Source: Amoeboaphelidium protococcarum X5
Lineage: Eukaryota > Fungi > Aphelidiomycota
Direction: 5' to 3'
Assembly (NCBI GenBank): GCA_023515725.1
Contig: JALDTO010000155.1
Span: 221,147-285,146 of the forward strand
DNA length: 64,000 nt
Part shown: positions 1 through 11,602 of the stretch, piece by piece
Position numbering within the stretch: position 1 is the first letter of the stretch
How the letters are laid out: the number at the start of each line of letters is the position of its first letter
Program-made: the position numbers and the translations under genes
Notes under the pieces: model-generated
Told to the model about the DNA's origin: nothing
Databases searched by the model: none
What the model saw: only the letters and a program-made list of their open reading frames with translations

Positions 1-235
1 GGGGGGGGGGGGTCTCCTTCTCGGTGTGCAAAGTTTTAGGCATCGTCTAGCAGTCTATCTCAGTGATCGTAATGTCGGTGGTTAGTACCAAGTATTTTCG
101 ATGCGTCTGCAAAAAGAGATGAATAATTTACGATCTATATTTTGCTCTTGACCACAGAACGAAAATTACCGGCCACTTATTAAGCTTACGCAACCAGCAA
201 GACGAATAAAATAAGCAACAACATGCAAAAAGACA

Positions 236-306
236 TGCACTCAACGGGAATCGAACCCGTGCCTAGTCGATGGCAACGACCAATTCTACCACTGAACCAT
301 GAGTGC
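236..306 (-). tRNA. tRNA-Gly (anticodon GCC)
   Basis: Reverse complement GCACTCATGGTTCAGTGGTAGAATTGGTCGTTGCCATCGACTAGGCACGGGTTCGATTCCCGTTGAGTGCA: acceptor stem GCACTCA/TGAGTGC, D-loop AGTGGTA, anticodon loop TTGCCAT, T-loop GTTCGATTC. T5 Pol III terminator at 227-231. Confidence 0.95.
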
Positions 307-320
307 TTTCTTGGATGAAG

Positions 321-618
321 TGTTAGCACACGCGTCGATCAAGTATCAACAACTGACTCTGTGGGGCTTAGTTGATCAACATTGTTTCAAGTGCGCGCCT
401 CTCTCATCATTGACGTCTCGAATAGGCAAGTATCTGCAGTATATTTGCGCGCCACTTATGAACATTGATTTCTTCCACTTAACGTGTTAATAGAGTATTT
501 ATCTTATTAACATATTTTATCTTCCTGTACTTCTGTTGGTGTCTCTGTTTGACTCTTAATCTTTGTATATAGCTTCCCGTCTTTTTTTATTGTGTTTATA
601 GTCTGTCCTAGAGTATCA
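321..618 (+). repeat. 5' LTR
   Basis: TGTTAGCACACG...GAGTATCA, direct repeat of 5538-5835. Confidence 0.97.
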
Positions 619-619
619 C

Positions 620-629
620 TTAACACGTT
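620..629 (+). promoter_or_regulatory. Self-priming primer-binding site
   Basis: TTAACACGTT immediately after the 5' LTR is the exact reverse complement of AACGTGTTAA at 481-490 inside the LTR. No TGG tRNA-type PBS is present. Confidence 0.8.
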
Positions 630-642
630 TTCTGTAATAGTA

Positions 643-1593
643 ATGTCTGGCACTAACACTCCTCCCGTTGATATCAATTAACTGATGGCCATTAATCAGC
701 AGCTCTAGAATTAAATATAATTCCTCTCTGACTAAATGACTTTATTACAACATCACGCTGCGCACTCAACTTCATCAGCGCCGCCTCCGCCATCTGCATT
801 ATAGAAGCGTTAAATTGTCTATCCTGAGAAATTCGATGGTAATGTAACTGAGTTCCGCTCATTTGTCAATTAATGCTAATTGATGTTTGACTTACATCCT
901 GAAGCGTTTGCATCTGATGACATCAAAATCAAGACTGTTGGCTCTTTGCTCTGCAAGAAGGCAAGCAAGTACTATGATCCGATTATCGAATAGCCGGACC
1001 AGTACAAGGATGAGCTGAAATCTTATGATTCATTCATTTAGTGCCTTAAGGATTGGTTATGCCTCGCTAGCTAGCGTGATAATGATGAGAAAGCACTACG
1101 TAAGCTGAAACAAGGCACTTCCTCTGTCTCCGCCTATGCGGCTGAATTTAGATATCTCTCTTCTGGAATAGGTTGGAATAATACTTCCTTAAAGTCTGAA
1201 TTTAGAGAAGGATTGAACAATGATGTCAGACTGCTTATGTTATCTACGGATGAGCCGGAGTCTTTGTCTGAGTTGGTAAAATTAGCCATCCGTTGTGGTG
1301 AACGCGTTGCTGATATGAAGGCCTTAGGTGGTGGTTATCGTCACTTCAGAAAGTAGCATTCATCCAGTGGATCTTCTACTGCTTCTGCTTATTCTAACTC
1401 TTCAACTTCTGCTTCTCATTCTTCTTCTGGCCCTTCTCATCCAGACAATATGGAAATTGATCAAGTAAAGCGTGGTCCTCTGTCTGCAGAAGAACGCCAG
1501 CGTAGACTGACTGAGAGATTATGTTTATACTGCGGTGGTGCTGGACATATTAAATCTGACTGCTCTGTGTTGAAGAATCGTACTCAAGGGTGA
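643..1593 (+). CDS. gag: Retrotransposon Gag (316 aa, table 6)
   Basis: ATG 643. PEKFDG motif, LKQGTSSVSAYAAEF, CCHC knuckle CLYCGGAGHIKSDC. Ends at TGA 1591-1593. Confidence 0.92.
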
Positions 1594-4500
1594 CTCTCGA
1601 ATGAATATATTTTTAGTCTAACTTCAGCTACTTCATCAAAGATGATTCTTCCTACTTTATTAAAGTATGGCCCGCAGAATATCCACCTTCCTTTCCTCTT
1701 AGATTCTGGTGCTGACAGCTGCTTCCTTAATGAAAGTGTCGTTTCTGAATTTAATATTCCCGTCGTCAGATGTAAGAGTAAAGTCCGAGTATCTTTCGCT
1801 GATGGAGACAGGCAGAATAACGTGTACATAACGCATCAGACTGTACCCTTGTAAATGCATATTGGTACTCATATTGAAACCATTACGTTCTATGTGATTA
1901 AACTTGCTCATAGTGGAATTATTGGGTACTCATGGTTGAAACTGCATAATCCAGAGATTGATTGGTCTGCTGAAACTATTAAATTTGCATCGCCGCATTG
2001 TTTGACTAGTTGCGTTAACTCTCCGGAAACGATTTCAACTTCCGTGGCCTCAGAAACCGCTTGTTCAGTAGTATCTTCCGAAAGTTAGCCTGTATACGTG
2101 TCTCTCCCAGATTCTCGCAATTCTCTTAGTCCTGAGTCAGTCCCTGCTGCAATGTCTGCATTCCATTCCGTCCCTTAACTTCCCTCTGCTGAGAATAATC
2201 CAGTTTCTGAATCCTTTGCTGTTGCTGTGCCTTAACCTGTCGGTGAGGATGCCATTATTGATGTTGTCTCTGATATTAATTAGTTTGACTCTTGTGTCTC
2301 TGTTTCCGTTTCTGATTCTTCGTCTATGTCCACTCCATTAAATGTTAGGAGTGATTCTACTTCTGTCACTGCTTCTGTCTCTAGTCTCGATTCTGCTTCT
2401 GTCGCTACTTCCGTCTCTTGTCTCGATTCTGCGTCTGTCATTACTTCTGTCTCTAGTCTAGATTCAACTTCTGTCTCTGGTCCCTCTTGTCTCAGCATTA
2501 ATGCAGCAATTCTTGGTATGTATGAGAAGGATTCTGATAACACTATTATTCCTGGTTTCATTTAAGAGGCTGAAGATGGTTCAATTAATTATCGATGCTT
2601 ATCTGATGTTATCCAAGAGTAAGTTTGTTTAATGAAAGAGGATGCCGATGCATCTAATTCAACTCTCCCTAATTAGATTAAGGATTTTGGTGATGTATTC
2701 ATGAAGTAGCAGTTAAATGAGCTTCCACCTCATCGTGAACAAGACTGCACTATTGACTTGGAGCCTGGTAGCAAGCCTCCTGTTGGTAAAATGTATAAAT
2801 TGACTTAGGAAGAAGATTCTGTCATGCGTGAATGGTTATCAAAGAATCTGGATCGTGGCTTCATACGCAAGAGCTAGTCACCTTATGGTGCTCCCTGTTT
2901 CTTTGTTCGCAAGGCTGACTGGACTAATGATTCTAAGTTACGACTCTGCATGGATTACCGTGGATTGAACAAGATTACCATTAAGAATCGGAATCCTCTG
3001 CCAAACATATCTGACATTTTCCGCTCTCTTTAGAAAGGAAAGTTGTTTACTGCATTGGATTTAGATGGTGCATTTGAGCTTCTGCGTGTCAAAGCTGGCC
3101 ATGAAGCTAAAACCGCTTTTCTCACTAAATATGGTCAATACGAATTTCTGGTGATGCCTTTTGGTTTGGCAAACGCTCCCGCTTAATTTCAAACATTCAT
3201 GAATGATCTATTTAAGAACTAGATTGGCAAATTTGTTGTGGTTTATCTGGATGATATTGTTGTATATACTGATGGTGATGAAAAGGAACATTGGTAACAT
3301 GTACGCGAAGTTTTGTAGATTCTCCGTTTTAATAAGCTTTACTGTAAACTGCCAAAGTGCAAGTTCGCTTAATCTTCTACGTCTTTCCTCGGCTATATTT
3401 TGTCCAAAGATGGTATTCTCATGGATCCTAGAAAAGTCGAAGCTGTTACTCAATGGCCAACGCCAAAGAATGTAAAGGATGTGATGATGTTCCACGGCTT
3501 TGTGAATTTCTACCATAAATTCATTCCGCACTTTGCAGATCTGACGCGTCCTCTGACTTAACTACTCAAAAAGGATGTTGTTTTTACTTGGGATGCCGAG
3601 AGGTAGCACGCATTTGACTCGCTGAAGAAGATGTTTAATAGTAATATTGTACTAAGTCATCCTGATGAAGAGAAACCTTTCGTGGTTGAAGCAGATGCGT
3701 CTGACTATGGCATTGCCGGTGTATTGTCTTAGTAGTCTGACTCTGGAGAATTTAAACCTGTCGCTTTCTATTCAAGATAACTCAATCCTGCTGAGCGTAA
3801 TTATGAGATCTATGATAAGGAATTACTGGCAATTCATCAATGCTTCAAAGAATGGCGCCACTTTCTGCAAGGTGGTAAGCATCAAGTTACAGTCTTGACT
3901 GATCATAAGAGTTTGCAATATTTCACGACCACAAAGCAATTGACAAGGAGATAGGCTAGATGGTCTCTATTCTTCTCTGAGTTTGATTTTGTCTTGACAC
4001 ATCGTCCTGGTGCCAGAAATGGTAAGGCTGATCTGCTCTCTAGACGCTCAGATTATGCGGTTGACGAAGAGAAATACAATTTTAGATGTTTGTTAGATCC
4101 TTCGAAGTTTGTGACTCCGTAAGAGTTGGATCTGTTTTCCATGTCCGTTGGTCAAGAGCTGTAGTGTTAGATGATCAGAAGTGATGTACTCAATAAGGAA
4201 TTTGATGAAGAGCGTGACTGGCCTATGGTAATTGCGCATTTCCTGTTGACGGACGAATGGTTGGATGTATCTAGTGACATATTGGATAAATGTAAGCAAG
4301 AGTGTCAACATTTCATCATGGTGCATGGAAAGTTACACAGAATCCTGGCTGATAATCGATCGAAGAGACCTTACTTGCTAAAGTCTGATAGAGATGCTCA
4401 TATAGCTCGATTCCATGATGGACTTGGTCATTTTAAGTATCATTCCATAGTTGACCTCATTGAACGCCGTTTCTGGTGGCCTGATATGCATGCCGACATT

Positions 4501-5592
4501 AAGTAGTATATTAAAGAGTGTGCGCAATGCTAACTTGATGCTTCTAAGAATTAGTTCACGCAAAAGACTCTTCTGCGTCCTATTCCTCCCGTTGCTCTCC
4601 CATTCGAGAGATGGGGTATCGACTTTGTGCAGGATCTGTAAACGACTAAATCTGGTAATAATCACATCATTACCGCTATTGATTACGCTACTCGTTGGGT
4701 GGTTGCTAAAGCTGTGAAGTTTAGAGATTCTGATACTGTTGCAGATTTCCTCTACAATGATATCTTTATGAATTACGGTGCACCTTATGAGATTTTGTCT
4801 GATAGAGCAAAGTCATTCTTAGCTGATGGTATAGCGAAATATGAAAGAATGCAAGGTGTTAGACCAATTGCTACTGCACCTTATCACCCTCAAACTAATG
4901 GTATGGTAGAGAGAATGCATTCTATGCTCAATCACGCGATAACTACTTTAACTAATGGGCGTCCGGAAAGATGGGACGAGTATCTGAAGTAAGCTTTGTT
5001 TGGTATACGCTGCCGAACTCATGCAGTGACCAAGAAGTCACCATTCTACATGCTTTATGGTGTGGAGCCTCGTTTACTAGGTGATTCGCGTCCTCCTGAG
5101 TGCACTTTGCAGCCGTTGGATGAGATTGAGTAGCTTGAGGAGAAAGGAGAAATTATGGCAAGAACCTTTGAAGCTATGGGAGATTCCAGAGCTGCTGCGT
5201 ATGAGAGATCTAAGACTTAGGCTGAAAGTATGAGAAGACGTCACAATCTTGATCCGAATGCTCCAGAATATTACTTCAAGATTGGTGATTGGGTCAAGTT
5301 AAAGCATCACAGCATGAATAAGTTTGAATTCGATTGGAAGGGACCATATCATGTTGTCGACGTTGGATTTCCCGGTACCTACTGGTTGATGTCACCTGAT
5401 GGAATACGATTTGATGCTACAGTTAATGAAAGAGATCTTGCTCCTTTTTTGGCAGCTACTGAGAAGAATAAGGACTATTTCTATGATGGATCTTCAAGGA
5501 GTTCTGTGGATTAGCTGCCGTTTAGAGAGGGGGCTAGTGTTAGCACACGCGTCGATCAAGTATCAACAACTGACTCTGTGGGGCTTAGTTGA
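1594..5592 (+). CDS. pol: Retrotransposon Pol (PR-RT-RNase H-integrase), in frame with gag behind one TGA
   Basis: No in-frame TGA from 1594 to 5589. LDSGA protease, MPFGL and YLDD RT, ADASD and RRQARW RNase H, HHCC plus D-D-E integrase, WKGPY (GPY/F). The stop lies inside the 3' LTR. Confidence 0.93.
2353..2493 (+). repeat. 36-bp tandem repeat (~4 copies, [12 protein letters not shown]-like) in the Ser-rich PR-RT spacer
   Basis: Units GATTCTACTTCTGTCACTGCTTCTGTCTCTAGTCTC, GATTCTGCTTCTGTCGCTACTTCCGTCTCTTGTCTC, GATTCTGCGTCTGTCATTACTTCTGTCTCTAGTCTA, plus a partial fourth. Confidence 0.85.
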
Positions 5593-5835
5593 TCAACATT
5601 GTTTCAAGTGCGCGCCTCTCTCATCATTGACGTCTCGAATAGGCAAGTATCTGAAGTATATTTGCGCGCCACTTATGAACATTGATTTCTTCCACTTAAC
5701 GTGTTAATAGAGTATTTATCTTATTAACATATTTTATCTTCCTGTACTTCTGTTGGTGTCTCTGTTTGACTCTTAATCTTTGTATATAGCTTCCCGTTTG
5801 TTCCTATTGTGTTTGTAGTCTGTCCTAGAGTATCA
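5538..5835 (+). repeat. 3' LTR
   Basis: Direct repeat of 321-618, preceded by the PPT. Confidence 0.97.
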
Positions 5836-6433
5836 GAAAATAATCAAACAGTCCGTTTATATTTAGTTTATTCAAAAGACGGAGTTAGGCGACATCAGAG
5901 TCGTAACTCATCAAGTTTATCGCACGAAGATGATTATATGTTTGAAGTACAGATCTCTGTTACACGATACTTGGAAGAATCATTAGACATGAGAGCACGT
6001 ATAAAGACCGCAGAAACTTGCCTATTTGAGATATCTATTGCTGCAGCTGGGCGCACTTGATACGATGTTGATTAATCATCAGAGCCTTCCATAGTCAGAT
6101 GTTGATCAATGTATGCAATAGTCAGCTCAAACGAATTTTCATGGAGATACGCGTCATTGATACAAGTTAAAGATTTGAATTTCTATCTGAATTTAAATCA
6201 AAAGGCAAAGATACATTGTGCCACTGTAGTACAAGTGAAGCACCAGTGTCTAAATCGCCAAAAAGTCTGAGAACATCAATTGGGGTTTGCCTAATAATAA
6301 AAAGCTGAGGATCTCATGACAAGATGCCAAAAAAAACGCAAGCTGCAAATGAGCTGGCATTAATTTAGATTGAATTATTACTACGCTCTTTCAGCTCACC
6401 TTTACTGTTTAAACAAGGCAAGCGCCCCGATTC

Positions 6434-7630
6434 TCACTGAGGACTGACATACAAAAGCTTGTTAGGAGTGTTCATATGGGATGAACCCACCTTAACGACA
6501 CCTTTAGTAGCTTAATCCAACAGCAGCTTCTTAAGCTCATTCACACCGGCGCCCTTGTTTCCGGATGCAAGTAAAGCTAAAGCCCCGGCAACGTGTGGAG
6601 ACGCCATAGAAGTTCCAGACATTGACTCAAACTTGTTACCAGGAATACCAGCTTTGATAAACACACCAGGGGCATAAAGATCGCAACATCGACCATAATT
6701 GGTGAACGGAGCCTCAAAGTCCCAGTAAGCTGATGCAGCGACAGTCACTACGAAGCTGAATTGGGAAGGGCTAGAGTAACAAGCATCTTCAAAGGAATTA
6801 CCGGCAGCAACAGCAAACAAGATACCGCTATCAGTAGCAGCCTTCATGGCGCGCTACAAAGTTGTGATAGTCGAGGACCATCCAAGAGACATGTTAGCAA
6901 TGTCAGTTTCGGTACGTCCCCTGCGAGCACGGTCTTTCATGGCAAATTCGACACCGGCTATGACAGCAGATAATGAACAGCGGCCTTACCAATCACATAC
7001 TTTCACACCGACAACCTCGGCGCTTTTTGCAACACCGGACAGCAGACCGCCAACAGTACTACCGACGTGGGTTCCATGACCATGATCGTCACTCTCGATG
7101 CCTCTAATAAAAGAAACACCATGACGCGCGTTGGTAGCGCCATCAGATCTCTTGAACTCGGAATGATCCACATCAACACCGGTATCAATGATGTACACTG
7201 TGGTACCATTGCCAGCATGATCGGGATAAGAGTAAGTCCAGTGGAACCAGCTCTCTTTGCGCTAAGAAATACGTTTCAATCCCCAATTCGGAGGATTAGA
7301 CTGCTCACCCACCACATGACCAATGTAATTTGGCTCGACGATATCAACCTCAGGCATAGCGCGCACCAGATTCATCAAGTAGTCGTCCATCTTGGCAGCG
7401 TAACCAAATGAGTACTTGTGCAGCACAGGATTATGGGTAGACTCTGCAGATGCACGCAGGCCAAAAACGCGCTGCAGATGATCATCAATGAAGCTGTTGC
7501 TGTCCATAGACTCAGCCATCTTGAGGCCAACAATGAACTCACCAGGCACGACACCGGACGCGTCATTGCTTTAAGTAGGAGCAGAGTAGACAACTGCAAG
7601 CAATGCTAAAGATAATACACTCTTGATCAT
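6434..7630 (-). CDS. Secreted subtilisin/proteinase K-family S8 protease with I9 prodomain (398 aa)
   Basis: Signal peptide MIKSVLSLALLAVVYS. Triad motifs IIDTG, HGHGTHV, GTSMASPHVAG. One ORF under table 6. Confidence 0.95.
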
Positions 7631-7978
7631 ATTCCCAACTTAAAGTATAAAAAAATTTCAGGTAAATGTGGGGATAAAAGCTGTAGAAAGAAGGAGCTCC
7701 GGGGAAATCAATTGATGTGATAGTGAGAGGCTTGCACAACTTATGTAAGCAAAACCATGTGTAGATTCATGTGAATAACACATGGTAGTCTCATATTTTG
7801 CGGTAAAGCGTATGTGAAATGTGGAGAGGTTTTCACCCAACTTGCTTCAAGATCAACAGAGGAAATTGAATGGTCATGAATTTTAAGAACTGAGTATTGA
7901 ATTGCAAAATCCAAATGGGAAGGGTGAATTTATTAAAAGTTCAAAATACAGACTATGGATAACATGTACCTACTAATG

Positions 7979-10156
7979 TCACTCATATAATTTCGAATAT
8001 CTACTCATTGCCCAAATTGGAAAGATGAACTTGTAGTTAGGATAGCTTATCATACATGTCTTGTTAAAAACACCCTCGATCGCTTCCTACTTCCAATCAC
8101 CTAACTTCTACTATCTCTGAATAAGCAAATCTAAGCCGCATTTGATCACTTCCTACTGTGGATACTTGGCAGCCATTAAAGAGAGCATAGCCCAGGCCGT
8201 ATTGACAACTTGAGATTATTCATGTTGTACGTACTTCTTCTAGGTGCATGCCAGATAACTCTCTCCCCAACCACCGTCTTTACGTTGCTTCCCAACCAAG
8301 AAGTCACAACCACGTCTAACACATTCGCTATTCTCATACGTCTCACCAACACAAGCCAGAGCTTCCAAAGAAAACCAACCGGCATACGTGAAACACACTC
8401 CCCAGCTACCAAACCAACTACCGTCTGCCCTCTGCTACTTCTTGATGTAATCAATACCATCCGCGATACACCTCTTAACACGTCTCAACATCGAGGCACC
8501 AAACTTATCAGAGTACTACTTCTCAAAAGCCGACAAGGCTTAAACAACACTAGATGTACACTCCACGTAGGAGTAGTCAACCATAATTTCACCGAAGACC
8601 TCGCTGGGATTCAAATATTCCAACCAAAATGGACCGCGACGCTTTTCATAAGACGCGAATCCTCCATCATCATTCTGCATGTCCATCAACACTTACATGC
8701 ACTGAATAATACGCTCATCGGAAATCAGTTTAGGCATGTCCGGATGACTTTACAGCGTCATTACAGCACGGATACCTTCAGCAGTGCAATCGGACACGAC
8801 CCAGCCACAATCGCGAGTACTGAACGGGAAAGCTGATAAGTTGACGTCTCTATAACATCTTTCGTGCTCATGAACATTCTTTTTGATCTAACAATCATCC
8901 AGAAAGTGTAATACATGAGACAGAGTCTACTAGTGGGCAGGATTATCAATTAGTTTCGATTCTGATACAGCAACGGCGGCAAAAGCTGTATCCCACAGCT
9001 GAGAACCATTAGTGCCTTACATTCTCATACCGTCATTGGCAATCCACAAGTAATCTTGACAGCGATCCAAGTGTCTTTGGAACTGAGGCGACTTTGGTCC
9101 ATCCTCCAAATACACCACCAGCATATTTATCATTTTACTAATCGGACCGATAGATATACAGTCAGTATTAGCATCGTCGCATCTGATCTAATACAAAATT
9201 TCTTTCAAAGCCTTCTCTCTTACCCATAAAGGAGCAAAGGATTCAAACAAATTCATTCCGGTATTGGCGACATCCAACAGCCAATGGTGAGGGGCATAAC
9301 AATCCACCCGGGCCACTTGATCTCTAGCTGCTACCCAGTCGATATCCTTATAATCCACCGGGTATAGTTCAGATCTCAACTGCTCAATCAACTCAGTACA
9401 TTCAGCTTGATATCTCTTCGCGTAAATATAACTCATTGGCAGGTAGATTTGACGTGCATGACACCACAATCTGGCAGGATGGAATGGCAGTGCGTATGGG
9501 AGTAGCCACAGCTCTGGTAGAAGTGGATTAACACCTTGCCAGTCGTAGACGTTCAACACCGAGAGCCAAAACTTGCCCCATGATGGAGTAAGTGTGGCTC
9601 CACCGTTGTTCAGTATGAATTGACGTGCTTCAACACATACGGGATCGCTGGCACTAACACCCAACAAACGCAGGACGACATAATTCAATACAGTACACAA
9701 CACAATAGATTCGCCCTCAATATGTAGGCCCCAGCCGCCTTCCTTCGCCCTGGTGTTCTTCACATAGCGAATAATCTCCAGCCTTTGCGCCTCTTCAAAC
9801 TTCACACCAGTGGCGTAGTAAACGATAACCATACCACCTAGCAAGAAGAGCGGACCACCATACTCGCCAGCCCAGTGACCATCTTCAGTCAGCAACTACT
9901 TGAAGAAGTTGAAACCACGTTCTGCTGCCTCATGTGCAGACTTGGCCTTGTCTTACAACACTGGAAGTTGTTCACTGTCGCCGAGATCACGATCGAGCGT
10001 TCCCAGCCAATACTTTTCCACAATACTCTATGGGTCTTCTTTACTTGGTGACTCGCTTCCAGCACTCCCATAATGCCAAGTCTACCTTCCATCCTTGACG
10101 CGCAGTCGCCACTTTGACGGATCGGTAGCAAATGGTTCTAAATATGAAGTTACCAT
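7979..10156 (-). CDS. ERG7: Oxidosqualene cyclase, lanosterol synthase type (725 aa)
   Basis: [22 protein letters not shown] (first Q = TAA), [15 protein letters not shown]. The Thr/Cys/Val diagnostic residues match lanosterol rather than cycloartenol synthase. Confidence 0.95.
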
Positions 10157-10632
10157 TAACGTTTTTTTCTGACTGTTTATGAATGAGTTTAAATGTTCAA
10201 GCCACTTGTTCAAACGATTAAAAAGCAAATGTCGATCGCGGTGGAAATGTAAGCAAGCGGTTTCAATAGTACAGAGGTACTAAACACTTTTGAATAAAAT
10301 GAAGATTATAAATTCGACAAAGAATGAAATGAAACTGAGTTGATGCAGTAAGCAGGAATCAGTGATTAAATGATGCCGTCTACCCAGTCCCAATGTTCTA
10401 TCTGTCCGATTCATGCTGAGAGGAGTTAGTCATTGGCGTTCCATGTTTTGCGATGAGTCGCTTTTGACATTTACGCGTTTAGAGTCTTCATCACAAACGC
10501 GCAATCGCTCCAATGACTCTCGCGTAGTTTTCATCGTTCAAATCTCGATTCGATTTCTTCGCTTAAGATTGCTGTTATTTCAACTACATTCTAGTTTCAT
10601 CCACCACATTGTTGTAAAAGAGTTTTCGAGCG

Positions 10633-11415
10633 ATGGCTACATTTTTTGATCAAGTCACTGTGTCGTTCGCTGATGTCTCCACAAGTAATGGAGTGGAGGT
10701 GGCCAAGTTCCTGGCTGCTACTGAGGATTTGATTAAATTATTTGGTACGTTCCTCATTCTTGTCTCTATAACCGGTATTAATTAATGCTCCGTGTAGATT
10801 TCCTTAATGGTACTGCTTTCGCTCCAGTCAAGTCTGACATGAATGGTAATGTCAAGGTATGAATGATGGTTGCATATGTTTGATGCGAATGTCGACTAAC
10901 TTATCATCTACTTTCATAAGTGTGTGTGTAGAAGATTAGAGAAAAGTATAATCAGGATCCATAACATTATTCCACTCTGGAAGCGATTGTAAAGGCAGAG
11001 TCGAGCCTACCTAAAGGCAAGGTTGCATCTGAAGGATTGCTGTGGTTGAATCGTGGTCTTGACTTTACCAGCTCTGCTCTGAGACGTAATGTGGACATTC
11101 CAACTGAGGAGCTGAATGTCTCGTTCACCAAGGCTTATGAGGGCACCTTACAGAAGCATCACAACTTTTTGATCCGTCCAGTATTTGCTGTAAGTTTACT
11201 TTTACTATTTTATTATAACATTTGATGTCGTGTGGCCTACTTGATTACTGTATGGAGAGTAGCTTGCAATGAAAGCGTGTCCACACCGTAAAGATTTTTA
11301 TAAGAAGTTGGGAGGTGATGATGAGGCTGCTACTATGGGCAAGTTGAAGCCATGGTTGGAAGCTCTGGAGAAGATTGTAAAGATCAACAATGACACTTTG
11401 CAGAATGTGAAGTGA
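10633..11415 (+). CDS. Glycolipid transfer protein (GLTP/HET-C2 family), 3 introns
   Basis: FAPVKSDMNGNV, EGLLWLNRGLDF, AYEGTLQKHHNFLIRPVF. Introns 10745-10797, 10857-10931, 11190-11262. Confidence 0.9.
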
Positions 11416-11602
11416 TATGTGATTTAAGTCAATTTGATTGCAAGCAGATATCTCTATAAGTTTGACCTATGAATAAACATTTTGGCAACATTGATAGCTT
11501 ATCTGCTTTTAATTTTTAACTGCTTGCTCCAAAAATAAAAGAAGAAATTTAAAAGTTCAATCACAAAATTAGTATATACTAAACAGTTCATAAGGCGTAA
11601 TA

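Larger units (their letters stand above)
321..5835 (+). mobile_element. Full-length Ty3/Gypsy LTR retrotransposon (self-priming PBS, no chromodomain)
   Basis: Two 298-bp LTRs (TG...CA) at 321-618 and 5538-5835 with about 6 differences. PPT AGAGAGGGGG at 5524-5533. Domain order gag-PR-RT-RH-INT. Flanks GAAG/GAAA form an imperfect 4-bp TSD. Confidence 0.97.

Noticed and set aside
1-12. G12 run at window start
   Set aside because: Probably a contig-edge or sequencing artefact; no telomeric periodicity.
299-490. Duplicated short ORFs (299-490 and 5399-5707)
   Set aside because: They are simply LTR sequence read in two copies.
2353-2493. 36-bp repeat as a CRISPR array
   Set aside because: No spacers; the units are contiguous, degenerate and inside the pol frame.
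5840-6360. Possible ORF right of the 3' LTR
   Set aside because: Interrupted by TGAs and has no recognisable motif.
8210-8836. Long plus-strand ORFs such as 8210-8836 and 45835-46536
   Set aside because: Antisense shadows of ERG7 and the lipoxygenase.
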